The position numbers and the translations under genes are program-made. Under the pieces are notes generated by a model that saw nothing but the letters and a program-made list of their open reading frames with translations, was not told the DNA's origin and made no database searches. A stretch of 64,000 nucleotides of DNA, taken from Neoechinorhynchus agilis. Lineage: Eukaryota > Animalia > Acanthocephala. The DNA lies in assembly GCA_051530055.1 (NCBI GenBank), contig CM121341.1, positions 14,486,784-14,550,783 on the forward strand, read 5' to 3'. Shown here piece after piece: positions 23,501-37,275 of this stretch (positions are counted from its first letter, which is position 1; each line of letters starts with the position of its first letter).

Positions 23501-26500
23501 GAGTTTTGTATATTCCGTCCAGGTTCTCAGATACCTCCCGGGGAAGATGGACTCATCAATGAGATTTTTCCTCCCTTCAGCGGCATCCGCTTTGGTTATG
23601 AGCCACTGGCGATAATAAATTATGAACCCTTTTACCATCCATAAACAGAGATTCGGCTCTCAAGTCCACTAGACCACCTTGAAACAATTCCTAAATGTAC
23701 AAACTGCCATTTTGTGCCTGGGGCAAGTATTGAATTATTTTATCTTATGTTTGGATAGACGGTAAAGAGTTTTGTATATTCCGTTAAGATTCTCAGATAC
23801 CTCCCGGGGAAGATGGACTCAATGAGATTTTTCCTCCCTTCAGCGGCATCCCCTTCGGTTATGAGCCATTGGCGATGATAAATTATGAACCCTTTTACCA
23901 TCCATAAACAGGGATTCGGCTCTCAAGTCCACTAGACCACGTTGAATTTATTCCGAAATGTACAAACTCTGCCATTTTGTGCCTTGGGCAAGTATTGAAT
24001 TATTTTATCTTATGTTTGGATAGACGGTAAAGAGTTTTGTATATTCCGTCCAGATTCTCAGATGCCTCCCGGGGAAGATGGACTCAATGAGATTTTTCCA
24101 CCCTTCAGCCGCATCCCCTTCGGTTATGAGCCATTGGCGATGATAAATTAAGAACCCTTTTACCATCCACATAAACTGGGATTCGGCTCTCAAGTCCACT
24201 AGACCACGTTGAAACTATTCCGAAATGTACAAACTCTGCCATTTTGTGCCTGGGGCAAGTATTGAATTATTTTATCTTATGTTTGGATAGACGGTAAAGA
24301 GTTTTGTATATTCCGTCCAGATTCTCAGATACTTCCCGGGGAGGATGGACTCATCAATGAGATTTTTCCTCCCTTTAGCGGCATCCCCTTTGGTTATGAG
24401 CCATTGGCGATGATAAATTCTGAACCCTTTTGTCATCCATAAACAGGGATTCGGCTCTTAAGTCCACTAGACCACCTTGAAACTATTCCGCAGTGTACAA
24501 ACTCAACCATTTTGTGCTTGGGGCAAGTATTGAATTATTTTATCTTGTGTTTGGATAGACGGTAAAGAGTTTTGTATATTCCGTCCAGATTCTCAGATGC
24601 CTCCCGGGGAAGATGGACTCAATGAGATTTTTCCTCCCTTCAGCGGCATCCCCTTCGGTTATGAGCCATTGGCGATGATAAATTATGAACCCTTTTACCA
24701 TCCATAAACAGGGATCTGGCTCTCAAGTCCACTAGACCACGTTGAATTTATTCCGAAATGTACAAACTCTGCCATTTTGTGCCTGGGGCAAGTATTGAAT
24801 TATTTTATCTTATGTTTGGATAGACGGTAAAGAGTTTTGTATATTCCGTCCAGATTCTCAGATGCCTCCCGGGGAAGATGGACTCAATGAGATTTTTCCT
24901 CCTTCAGCGGCATCCCCTTTGGTTATGAGCCATTGACGATGATAAATTATGAACCCTTTTGCCATCCATAAACAGGGATTCGGCTCTTAAGTCCACTAGA
25001 CCACCTTTGAAACTATTCCGGAATGTACAAACTCTGCCATTTTGTGCCTGGGGCAAGTATTGAATTATTTTATCTTATGTTTGGATAGACGGTAAAGAGT
25101 TTTGTATATTCCGTCCAGGTTCTCAGATACCTCCCGGGGAAGATGGACTCATCAATGAGATTTTTCCTCCCTTCAGCGGCATCCCCTTTGGTTATGAGCC
25201 ATTGACGATGATAAATTATGAACCCTTTTACCATCCATAAACAGGGATTCGGCTCTCAAGTCCACTAGACCACGTTGAAACTATTCCGAAATGTACAAAC
25301 TCTGCCATTTTGTGCCTGGGGCAAGTATTGAATTATTTTATCTTATGTTTGGATAGACGGTAAAGAGTTTTGTATATTCCGTCCAGGTTCTCAGATACCA
25401 CCCGGGGAAGATGGACTCATCAATGAGATTTTTCCTCCCTTTAGCGGCATCCCCTTTGGTTATGAGCCATTGACGATGATAAATTATGAACCCTTTTGCC
25501 ATCCATAAACAGGGATTCGGCTCTTAAGTCCACTAGACCACCTTGAAACTATTCCGCAGTGTACAAACTCCGCCATTTTGTGCTTGGGGCAAGTATTGAA
25601 TTATTTTATCTTATGTTTGGATAGACGGTAAAGAGTTTTGTATATTCCGTCCAGGTTCTCAGATACCTCCCGGGGAAGATGGACTCATCAATGAGATTTT
25701 TCTTCCCTTCAGCGGCATCCCCTTTGGTTATGAGCCATTGGCGATAATAAATTATGAACCCTTTTACCATCCATAAACAGAGATTCGGCTCTCAAGTCCA
25801 CTAGACCACCTTGAAACAATTCCTAAATGTACAAACTATGCCATTTTGTGCCTGGGGCAAGTATTGAATTATTTTATCTTATGTTTGGATAGACGGTAAA
25901 GAGTTTTGTATATTCCGTTAAGATTCTCAGATACCTCCCGGGGAAGATGGACTCATCAATGAGATTTTTCCACCCTTCAGCCGCATCCCCTTTGGTTATG
26001 AGCCACTGGCGATGAGAAATTATGAACCATTTTGCCATCCATAAACAGGGATTCGGCTCTTAAGTCCACTAGACCACCTTGAAACTATTCCGCAGTGTAC
26101 AAACTCCGCCATTTTGTGCTTGGGGCAAGTATTGGAATTATTTTATCCTATGTTTGGATAGACGGTAAAGAGTTTTGTATATTCCGTCCAGATTCTCAGA
26201 TACCTCCCGGGGAAGATGGACTCAATGAGATTTTTCCTCCCTTCAGCGGCATCCCCTTCGGTTATGAGCCATTGGCGATGATAAATTATGAACCATCCAT
26301 AAACTGGGATTCGGCTCTCAAGTCCACTAGACCACGTTGAAACTATTCCGAAATGTACAAACTCTGCCATTTTGTGCCTGGGGCAAGTATTGAATTATTT
26401 TATCTTATGTTTGGATAGACGGTAAAGAGTTTTGTATATTCCGTCCAGATTCTCAGATACTTCCCGGGGAGGATGGACTCATCAATGAGATTTTTCCTCC

Positions 26501-29500
26501 CTTTAGCGGCATCCCCTTTGGTTATGAGCCATTGGCGATGATAAATTATGAACCCTTTTGTCATCCATAAACAGGGATTCGGCTCTTAAGTCCACTAGAC
26601 CACCTTGAAACTATTCCGCAGTGTACAAACTCTGCCATTTTGTGCCTGGGGCTTAGTATTGAATTATTTTATCCTATGCTTGGATAGACGGTAAAGAGTT
26701 TTGTATATTCCGTCCAGGTTCTCAGATACCTCCCTGGGAAGATGGACTCATCAATGAGATTTTTCCTCCCTTCAGCGGCATCCCCTTCGGTTATGAGCCA
26801 TTGGCGATGATAAATTATGAACCCTTTTACCATCCATAAACAGAGATTCGGCTCTCAAGTCCACTAGACCACCTTGAAACAATTCCTAAATGTACAAACT
26901 ATGCCATTTCTTGCCTGGGGCAAGTATTGAATTATTTTATCTTATGTTTGGATAGACGGTAAAGAGTTTTGTATATTCCGTTAAGATTCTCAGATACCTC
27001 CCGGGGAAGATGGACTCATCAATGAGATTTTTCCACCCTTCAGCCGCATCCCCTTTGGTTATGAGCCACTTGCGATGATAAATTATGAACCATTTTGCCA
27101 TCCATAAACAGGGATTCGGCTCTTAAGTCCACTAGACCACCTTGAAACTATTCCGCAGTGTACAAACTCCGCCATTTTGTGCTTGGGGCAAGTATTGAAT
27201 TATTTTATCTTATGTTTGGATAGACGGTAAAGAGTTTTGTATATTCCGTCCAGATTCCCAGATACTTCCCGGGGAGGATGGACTCATCAATGAGATTTTT
27301 CCTCCCTTTAGCGGCATCCCCTTTGGTTATGAGCCATTGGCGATGATAAATTCTGAACCCTTTTGTCATCCATAAACAGGGATTCGGCTCTTAAGTCCAC
27401 TAGACCACCTTGAAACTATTCCGCAGTGTACAAACTCCGCCATTTTGTCTTGGGGCAAGTATTGAATTATTTTTAGACGGTAAAGAGTTTTGTATATTCC
27501 GTCCAGGTTCTCAGATACCTCCCGGGGAAGATGGACTCATCAATGAGATTTTTCCTCCCTTCAGCGGCATCCCCTTTGGTTATGAGCCATTGGCGATGAT
27601 AAATTATGAACCCTTTTACCATCCATAAACAGGGATTCGGCTCTCAAGTCCACTAGACCACCTTGAAACAATTCCGAAATGTACAAACTGCCATTTTGTG
27701 CCTGGGGCAAGTATTGAATTATTTTATCTTATGTTTGGATAGACGGTAAAGAGTTTTGTATATTCCGTCAAGATTCTCAGATACCTCCCGGGGAAGATGG
27801 ACTCATCAATGAGATTTTTCCTCCCTTCAGCCGCATCCCCTTTGGTTATGAGCCACTGGCGATGATAAATTATGAACCATTTTGCCATCCATAAACAGGG
27901 ATTCGGCTCTTAAGTCCACTAGACCACCTTGAAACTATTCCGCAGTGTACAAACTCCGCCATTTTGTGCTTGGGGCAAGTATTGAATTATTTTATCTTAT
28001 GTTTGGATAGACGGTAAAGAGTTTTGTATATTCCGTCCAGATTCTCAGATACCTCCCGGGGAAGATGGACTCAATGAGATTTTTCCTCCCTTCAGCGGCA
28101 TCCCCTTCGGTTATGAGCCATTGGCGATGATAAATTATGAACCCTTTTACCATCCATAAACAGGGATTCGGCTCTCAAGTCCACTAGACCACGTTGAAAC
28201 TATTCCGAAATGTACAAACTCTGCCATTTTGTGCCTGGGGCAAGTATTGAATTATTTTATCTTATGTTTGGATAGACGGTAAAGAGTTTTGTATATTCCG
28301 TCCAGATTCTCAGATACCTCCCGGGGAAGATGGACTCATCAATGAGATTTTTCCTCCCTTCAGCGGCATCCCCTTTGGTTATGAGCCATTGGCGATGATA
28401 AATTATGAACCCTTTTGCCATCCATAAACAGGGATTCGGCTCTTAAGTCCACTAGACCACCTTGAAACTATTCCGGAATGTACAAACTCTGCCATTTTGT
28501 GCCTGGGGCAAGTATTGAATTATTTTATCCTATGCTTGGATAGACGGTAAAGAGTTTTGTATATTCCGTCCAGGTTCTCAGATACCTCCCGGGGAAGATG
28601 GACTCATCAATGAGATTTTTCCTCCCTTCAGCGGCATCCCCTTCGGTTATGAGCCATTGGCGATGATAAATTATGAACCATTTTGCCATCCATAAACAGA
28701 GATTCGGCTCTCAAGTCCACTAGACCACCTTGAAACAATTCCTAAATGTACAAACTATGCCATTTTGTGCCTGGGGCAAGTATTGAATTATTTTATCTTA
28801 TGTTTGGATAGACGGTAAAGAGTTTTGTATATTCCGTTAAGATTCTCAGATACCTCCCGGGAAGATGGACTCATCAATGAGATTTTTCCTCCCTTCAGCG
28901 GCATCCCCTTTGGTTATGAGCCACTGGCGATGATAAATTATGAACCATTTTGCCATCCATAAACAGGGATTCGGCTCTTAAGTCCACTAGACCACCTTGA
29001 AACAATTCCTAAATGTACAAACTATGCCATTTTGTGCCTGGGGCAAGTATTGAATTATTTTATCTTATGTTTGGATAGACGGTAAAGAGTTTTGTATATT
29101 CCGTCCAGATTCTCAGATACCTCCCGGGGAAGATGGACTCATCAATGAGATTTTTCCTCCCTTCAGCGGCATCCCCTTTGGTTATGAGCCATTGGCGATG
29201 ATAAATTATGAACCCTTTTACCATCCATAAACAGGGATTCGGCTCTTAAGTCCACTAGACCACCTTGAAACTATTCCGGAATGTACAAACTCTGCCATTT
29301 TGTGCCTGGGGCAAGTATTGAATTATTTTATCTTATGTTTGGATAGACGGTAAAGAGTTTTGTATATTCCGTCCAGGTTCTCAGATACCTCCCGGGGAAG
29401 ATGGACTCATCAATGAGATTTTTCCTCCCTTCAGCGGCATCCCCTTCGGTTATGAGCCATTGGCGATGATAAATTATGAACCCTTTTACCATCCATAAAC

Positions 29501-31800
29501 AGAGATTCGGCTCTCAAGTCCACTAGACCACCTTGAAACAATTCCTAAATGTACAAACTATGCCATTTTGTGCCTGGGGCAAGTATTGAATTATTTTATC
29601 TTATGTTTGGATAGACGGTAAAGAGTTTTGTATATTCCGTTAAGATTCTCAGATACCTCCCGGGGAAGATGGACTCATCAATGAGATTTTTCCTCCCTTC
29701 AGCCGCATCCCCTTTGGTTATGAGCCACTGGCGATGATAAATTATGAACCATTTTGCCATCCATAAACAGGGATTCGGCTCTTAAGTCCACTAGACCACC
29801 TTGAAACTATTCCGCAGTGTACAAACTCCGCCATTTTGTGCTTGGGGCAAGTATTGAATTATTTTATCTTATGTTTGGATAGACGGTAAAGAGTTTTGTA
29901 TATTCCGTCCAGATTCTCAGATACCTCCCGGGGAAGATGGACTCAATGAGATTTTTCCTCCCTTCAGCGGCATCCCCTTCGGTTATGAGCCATTGGCGAT
30001 GATAAATTATGAACCCTTTTACCATCCATAAACAGGGATTCGGCTCTCAAGTCCACTAGACCACGTTGAAACTATTCCGAAATGTACAAACTCTGCCATT
30101 TTGTGCCTGGGGCAAGTATTGAATTATTTTATCTTATGTTTGGATAGACGGTAAAGAGTTTTGTATATTCCGTCCAGATTCTCAGATACCTCCCGGGGAA
30201 GATGGACTCAATGAGATTTTTCCTCCCTTCAGCGGCATCCCCTTCGGTTATGAGCCATTGGCGATGATAAATTATGAACCCTTTTACCATCCATAAACAG
30301 GGATTCGGCTCTCAAGTCCACTAGACCACGTTGAAACTATTCCGAAATGTACAAACTCTGCCATTTTGTGCCTGGGGCAAGTATTGAATTATTTTATCTT
30401 ATGTTTGGATAGACGGTAAAGAGTTTTGTATATTCCGTCCAGATTCTCAGATACTTCCCGGGGAGGATGGACTCATCAATGTGATTTTTCCTCTATTTAG
30501 CGGCATCCCCTTTGGTTATGAGCCATTGGCGATGATAAATTATGAACCCTTTTGTCATCCATAAACAGGGATTCGGCTCTTAAGTCCACTAGACCACCTT
30601 GAAACTATTCCGCAGTGTACAAACTCCGCCATTTTGTGCTTGGGGCAAGTATTGAATTATTTTATCGTATGTTTGGATAGACGGTAAAGAGTTTTGTATA
30701 TTCCGTCCAGATTCTCAGATACCTCCCGGGGAAGATGGACTCATCAATGAGATTTTTCCTCCCTTCAGCGGCATCCCCTTTGGTTATGAGCCACTGGCGA
30801 TGATAAATTATGAACCATTTTGCCATCCATAAACAGGGATTCGGCTCTTAAGTCCACTAGACCACCTTGAAACTATTCCGCAGTGTACAAACTCCGCCAT
30901 TTTGTGCTTGGGGCAAGTATTGAATTATTTTATCTTATGTTTGGATAGACGGTCAGGTTTTTTCTATATCACCGTATATCCACGTCCAGATTCTCAGATA
31001 CCTCCCGAGGAGGATCGACTCATCAATGAGTTGTTTCCTCCCTTTAGCGGCATCCCCTTTGGTTATGAGCCATTGGCGTTTGTAGATTTTGAACCCCGTT
31101 TACCATCCATAAACAGGGATTTGGCTCTCAAGTCCACTAGACAATCTTGAAACATTCCCGCAATGTATATACTCTTCCAGTTTGTTCTTGGGGCAAGTAT
31201 TGAATTATTTTATCTTATCTTTTGGTAGACGGTAAAGAATTTTATATCGTCGTCCGAATTCTCCGATTAATCCCGAGGAATCGGGACTCATCAGTGAGTT
31301 TCCTTCTCTATTTCCACGGTATTTTATCCCTTTGGTTGTGAACCATCGGGGTTTTTTTATTTTGAACTCTTTTACACGCAGAAACAGGGATTTGGCTCTC
31401 AAGTCGTTTGTGCTTGTTGGGGCAAGTATTGAATTATTTTATCTTATGTTTTGATTGCCAATTACATTTTATTATCTTAGTGCTGTATACATCCCCCTTA
31501 CACGGCTTATAATTTTCCTTGGGCAAACGGCCTACCAATTCGGTCATGGAAACGCTGATCATCGCTAAAGATCCTGAACCACACGGTTATGAGTTTTGTA
31601 CATCCCTCAGAATCCGCAGATACCTTCCGAGGAGGAGGAACTCATCATTGAGTATATTTTAGCGATATTTCGTTTTGTTTGGTTATGAACCATCGGCGAT
31701 GATGTATTTCAAACCCTTTTACCAGTCAGAAACAAGGATTCGGCTCTCAAGTCCGCTAGACCATCTCGAAACAATTCCGCAATGTAGAAACTCTGCCACT
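20555..31800. repeat. Tandem satellite, about 268-bp unit, about 42 copies; homogeneous core, diverged edges
   Basis: gagatttttc at 21411, 21679 and so on. Units nearly identical over about 20.9-30.9 kb, progressively diverged at 30.9-31.8 kb, deleted or degenerate at 20.55-20.9 kb. Confidence 0.98.
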
Positions 31801-32144
31801 TTTACTTGTTTTCAGCTTTCGATAGCAGTGTCCCGTGACCAAAATCGGTGAGTGGTTTGCCCTAATTCAACCGTATATTATAAACTTTATTTACAATGAT
31901 AAATATGACCAGTTGAGCCACTCATAAGCTATAAGAACATTGCCTAATTTTCTATTTTACACTTTCACCATTTAGACGAATCTCTCCGCTTTTTAGGCTT
32001 TCATAACGTCCATTTTCACTGTGGCATATTTTCTGGGAACTTCCATTCTCGACTATTTAGGTCAAAATAACATTTTTCTTGATTTCCCACTTCGCTCTGC
32101 ATAGAGAACGGCATCCCGATTATGATTTTTCCGTCTGAAAAAAG

Positions 32145-32930
32145 ATTTTAATATTTCAAGCACTTATAACCAACACTTACCACGATAATTTATGGACTCG
32201 TCAGAGATTTCGATTGGAATCGTAGTTATTTTGAGCCATCTATTCCTTAGCTCGTCATATTGTTGGATATCGTTTAAAGCGCCCAATTTGCCATTCTCAA
32301 CGGATAATCCTCCAACGGCGTAAATCGTATTTTCGTGTACTAAAAGTTTGCATCTCGTTCGAGGGCTTATCCCTTTTAATTTCGTCCATCTATTTTCGGA
32401 TAAGCCATAAGATCATCGATTATTCCTCAATTGATTCGCTCACTAACCGTTCATCGTTGCCACTAAAAACACTAAAATCGCCGGAGAAGCAAGTTTCTCC
32501 GCATATTATATCAAATCCGCCAAGAACGAAAATATCTTTTTGCCTACACAATAAGCCCGGAGCAATCACGTTTGTTATGAAATTCGGTCGTCTATACCAA
32601 GTATCGTTGTCCATTCTATAGGATAGAAACTGATTGCTCGATCTAAATAGGACACTATATAGGGAAAAAAATTGGTTCTTTACTTATTGGACAAAGTCTG
32701 CCCTCCAATAAAGTGAATCCATACATCATCGGTTGCAACGCCATTGTGTATGCCTGCACCTGGGATGGGTAAAATATTGATAATCTCGTCGTCTTTGCAT
32801 CTTAAATCATTCGAAGGAATTTCCCTACGACGTTGATCTTCAAAATACAAGTATCCTCCTAAAATGTTCTCTACGTTAATCACTTTTGCTCTGAACGTAT
32901 ATTTAAAATGAAAGCGGTTACTACTCAAGT
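32145..32930 (-). CDS. Kelch-repeat protein (3' exons; 5' exons probably extend to about 33.85 kb)
   Basis: Minus-strand translations WIHFIGGQ, TWYRRPN...IFVLGGFD, ENRWTKLKGISPRTRCKLLVHENTIYAVGG...QQYDELRNRW show the kelch GG/Y/W pattern. Confidence 0.72.
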
Positions 32931-35039
32931 CAATCGACGAAAAGTTGGTTAAAAATTAGCGATTCTAATCATGATATCGGTTCTAATAAAATTGTGCAAT
33001 ATTTTTTGAGTGCTCTTCTAAACACTATTTTGGAAACGCTTCCGCTTTAGTTTTCATAAATGCATTTCAATATGAGCAGCAGGTTTGCTGATCAAAAGCA
33101 ACTCTAATCGTTTTCTTTGTTATTAATGCAGAAAGAACTTCAGCTCAATAACATTGAATGGTCGATTTTATTTTCCATGTAACCTTTGTAGTTTCTTTCC
33201 CAATTACAAGCAACAACGAGACGCTATGGGAAACGAGAATCAATGAATTATTAGGTTTACTCGTGGGATACAATCTTGAGTTTAGATTGAAGGAAAATAG
33301 GATTTAAACCATTACCGATAGCATATGTTCCATACTTGGTCAGGACCAGAGAATACGTTTTTCGTGGCTGTTCGGATTGCACGAGATATATCGCCTTTGT
33401 TTGCTCATTTGCAATCTTTTCTGATGCTTCAAAAAATTAAAAGCTTGGTTGTTCATCGCGATAACAAGTAGAACCTACAGAACAAAAGATCATTTGCCGC
33501 GATCGCAAATGCGCAATGATATCCCTCGTTCTTCTCCATAGTTATAGGCCTCATTTGCCCCATCTAAAATTTATTGAAAAAGCTCGAAAATATACAAAGG
33601 GCACGATTGCTGAAAGACAGTACCCTAATTATTGGACGTTCGCGTGTTTTATCGATCGATTTACGACACTGCATCAATTGCAAATCTATTACTTGCCGGC
33701 CTTTGTTTTGTCTTGATCTTAATTTCGATCCACTTCTTCTTTGACCAGCATTACCCATTGGGTCCCCATCTGAAGAATGAGTATTGCCTGGACGGTTATT
33801 TGGTTTTGAATTTCTCATTAATTGTGTAATAGTTGACGAGTTCATGTTCTTGTTTCCATAACGATAAAGCGAAAATATTTTGTGTCGTTAATTAATGCAA
33901 ATTGGCATTTCTCACTTAAATCCACGACATTCTGGAACTTATGCGATTCAAGTATTTTCCATAAACTCATACTTTAAACTAATAGTTTCTTATTTGAAAA
34001 CGTTCACATGGAACTCCCAAAGTCAATTCGTTCTACATTAAAAAAATACCGACTTGGAATGATTAATTCAAACCTTTTAGTATGGTCTGTGAAATATAGG
34101 CAAAATCGATTTAATAATCTAAATTGAGCCTTATACTATTCTGTTAAGTGATTCAACGACAATAAAATGTTTGCTTTGCCTCTTGCCACAATTCGATTGG
34201 GCCTGTATTCCACCGAACATACAAAAAATTAAACGTCCTAAGTCAGTATATGGAAATGAATTTTTTAACATAAAACGAAATTAGCTTGAAAAAAATAAGA
34301 CGATATTCATTTTGGTTCGACCAACAAATTTGGGCACCTATCAATATTTGTTTACGGCGGACAAACATGAACAATTCAATCTTCAAACACACTTATGAAT
34401 GCCACAGCATTTCAATTTTTTGAACGCTAATTGAAATTGATCTTTTCCGTTGTGTAATTTGTTGCCTTTGGATGTCGGATGAGTGAGAAACGTTAGAAAC
34501 GAATGATGATGAATTAATAAATCATACCATATTATCTTTTATTTTGCTACGTCAATATGTTTTCTCGTAAATAACTTGCAAATGATATCATATAACAAAT
34601 GGAATATTGACAAACACGTGTTCGCTTACATTCTCGCTGAAAATAAAGAATTCGATCGCAATTCTATTAAATGTGGGCCGTATACAAATTTTGCTTATCA
34701 TTAATGACTTTTTTATCATGTCATAAAAATTGTTCTTTAAACATTTATGTAGTTATATCAAGAAGATCCTTCGGAATGGTCAGAATTATAACTTTCACTT
34801 TTATCTCGAAACAATTTACAATGACTGATGAGACGAGGTTTCTCGCGAAATATTTCCTAATAATAAAGGAATCTTTAACCGGGATTATGTTTAAAAACCA
34901 TTCAATATTTATGTAATTAACAAACATCACATTTTTAGGAAAAAACCTTCTGTTAAGGTAACCACTTCACCGTTGTCGCGACCTTAAATTTATTTTATTT
35001 ATTTATCCTTACAGTCAGAAATACGCATGGTTATGTTCT

Positions 35040-35330
35040 TCAGATTGGGTTGATTGGTCTTTTTGACATCTTCTTTTTGGCCTCTCGGCTATATTCCTTT
35101 GGGAGCTTTTCGCCTGACTTGCACACATCTGAGGCGCTCAGCCGCACTCGAAGGAGCAGGGCCAACCCTCTTTTTTTGGGGCCGATGGGCGATCTCAAAA
35201 CCTGACCCCACCCCTTCCAGCAGCCTAGCACACCCGTGGAACCCAGCGACCGGTGGCGTTGAACCATCGACATATCGAGCGCATTATGAACGCGCACACC
35301 ACACGGCCACCTTAAAATGTGCGCGTTTGG
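35040..35330. other. Isolated GC-rich island of unknown nature
   Basis: Visibly GC-rich compared with AT-rich flanks, with local stems and a T-run near 35170. No RNA or protein family recognised. Confidence 0.3.
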
Positions 35331-37275
35331 CATTGTTTTGTGTTATAACTTTTAGTATAGTTTGCAAAAAGTGTCAGTTTAACTTATCAAATTGTGAATG
35401 AGAATTGTCAAGCTGTCAATGATAAGTTCATAAAGACGTGAAAGTAATTGAAAGCATCTACTCAAAGTGTTACCTTGCAATAGATCTCATTTCAATCACT
35501 TGATAGTTGGTAGTCACATTTTTATATGACAATTTTTACAGCAGCATTTGTAAGATATCGCAAGGCTTGATCATCATCTCATGCTTAAAAGAATACCTAA
35601 ATAAAAGAACGAAAGCAAGAATGTTTTAAGCGTAAGAATTAAAAGAATTTATTAGATCCGATATTTCGGCAAAATATTGTGTATTTATCTAGGTAAACGA
35701 AAAACAAGAATGCAATACTAGCACCACTCCAATATTTCGCGCCTTTTACCTAACATCCATTTTCCACGGTTGTCAATAAATACAAAGAACAGTTAATTTT
35801 TGCTTTGTATTGTGTATGTGGGGAAAAATTGTGTATCAAAGAATCACTTTAATTGAAATATTTCGTCCAATCACGCTGGACTTCTTCAGTCAATTATTGT
35901 TTGTAAGTTTTTTCAACTGTGAATGCGTTTGTGTGCAAATGGTTCACTTTTTTATAAAAAGAAGAAGCGAGTAACTGTAGCGAGGTCACCGTCAAAAAAG
36001 CACTATAGAGACATCAATCTCATAAATTCGTTAGATTGAACAAACGAAGCGCATAAAATTTCTTCTTCTCTTTTTAAAAAAAGCGTGTATTTGCCTTTAT
36101 GAATTCATGGGATGGACTATATGTATAATAAGCCAATCAGAAATCCTGGAATTTGCGTGCGTTCTGGCTGAACTCTGATTGGTTAAGAATAATCGTGCGC
36201 GCGCACACTATTTGTCCTAGGTAATTTACTCCCCCCCAAAAGCATTAATAGAGCACGTTAGCGTGAACATATTAAACCACGAAAGCGGTCAAATTCAAAA
36301 TAGTACCTTTAGGTGAGTCGTTCTATACGCATACAAAACCACCGTCATTTTACACTATTTTCGTAAAGGACATAACGTCCTAACAATTCCTTAAAGCGTT
36401 CGGTTATTCGTAGATGTTATATACAAAAAACCTCTTACATGGTTCTGCTGAATATAGAGTCATGCTGCACTCATAATGCACTGACGAAAAGCCAGTGGGT
36501 GATGATTAGACTCGTTACTGCCTTTACGTCCTCATTACACAACACAACTACCGTTTACTTCAAGAAGACATGCGTACCTTTGCTCATGCTCACTCGTATA
36601 CCCAGTACTCGAGCAAAATCTTTGCCGTGCAGGAAATATGTCAAAGGGCGAGAACATGTCGGTGTGGCTCCGCGTGACAGCTCAAAAGAAAGTGAGCAAT
36701 CATTTTGCGAAATCGGAACTATATTTTGAAGCACCTAATATATTTTGATTATCAACTTTGATAAGTCCAATGGTGTGTTATGTTCCATAATTCGTCTTCT
36801 AATTGCACTTAAAGTGACCAGTTTTGAGAATTTCTGCAAATGTGAATTAAAGTTTTTCTTGATTTTTTTCTTAAAATTACAAATGACCGCAATTTTTTTC
36901 TAAACGCGTTAAAAAATAGGTCGATTGAAAATGGCAGTTTCCAAGTACCAAGACGCAAAAAGCTTGCTGTTTTTCTATTCCCTTAGGAGGAGATGATCTA
37001 CACGAAAACACAATCCCGTCAAAAACACTTCACTTCAAGCTATGTTAGCCTTTGTTCATGTAATCGATAATAGCCGTATTTGTGTGTGTGTTTCCTCTTT
37101 CTACATCAACACCACTAAATAATTGAGTAGTTGAACACCTCGCTCCCGCGTTACTCATGCTCTCCTCGTGAGCTCGTGTATCTCACTTACACTATACGAA
37201 CTTCTCTTTCTACACTAAATCCTTCGCGCTTTTCTTCGGCCTAACTGTACCCTCGCGCAATTATAGAGCTAACAA

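Noticed and set aside
23207-31402. ORFs of 64-82 aa inside the 268-bp array as genes
   Set aside because: They occur only in units where indels remove stops; most near-identical units are closed in the same frame.
3255-31800. CRISPR interpretation of the two tandem arrays
   Set aside because: Units of 260-268 bp repeat in full with no unique spacers; no cas genes; intron-containing eukaryotic context.
35255-35290. Resemblance to 5.8S rRNA (ttgaaccatcgacatatcgagcgca)
   Set aside because: Limited to about 27 nt; the conserved GATGAAGAAC block and other rDNA are absent.
35170-35330. SRP RNA on the minus strand (aggctgctggaaggggtg...cagg..gaga)
   Set aside because: Helix 8 pairing and the AGCAG motif are missing, and spacing from the putative 5' end is too short.
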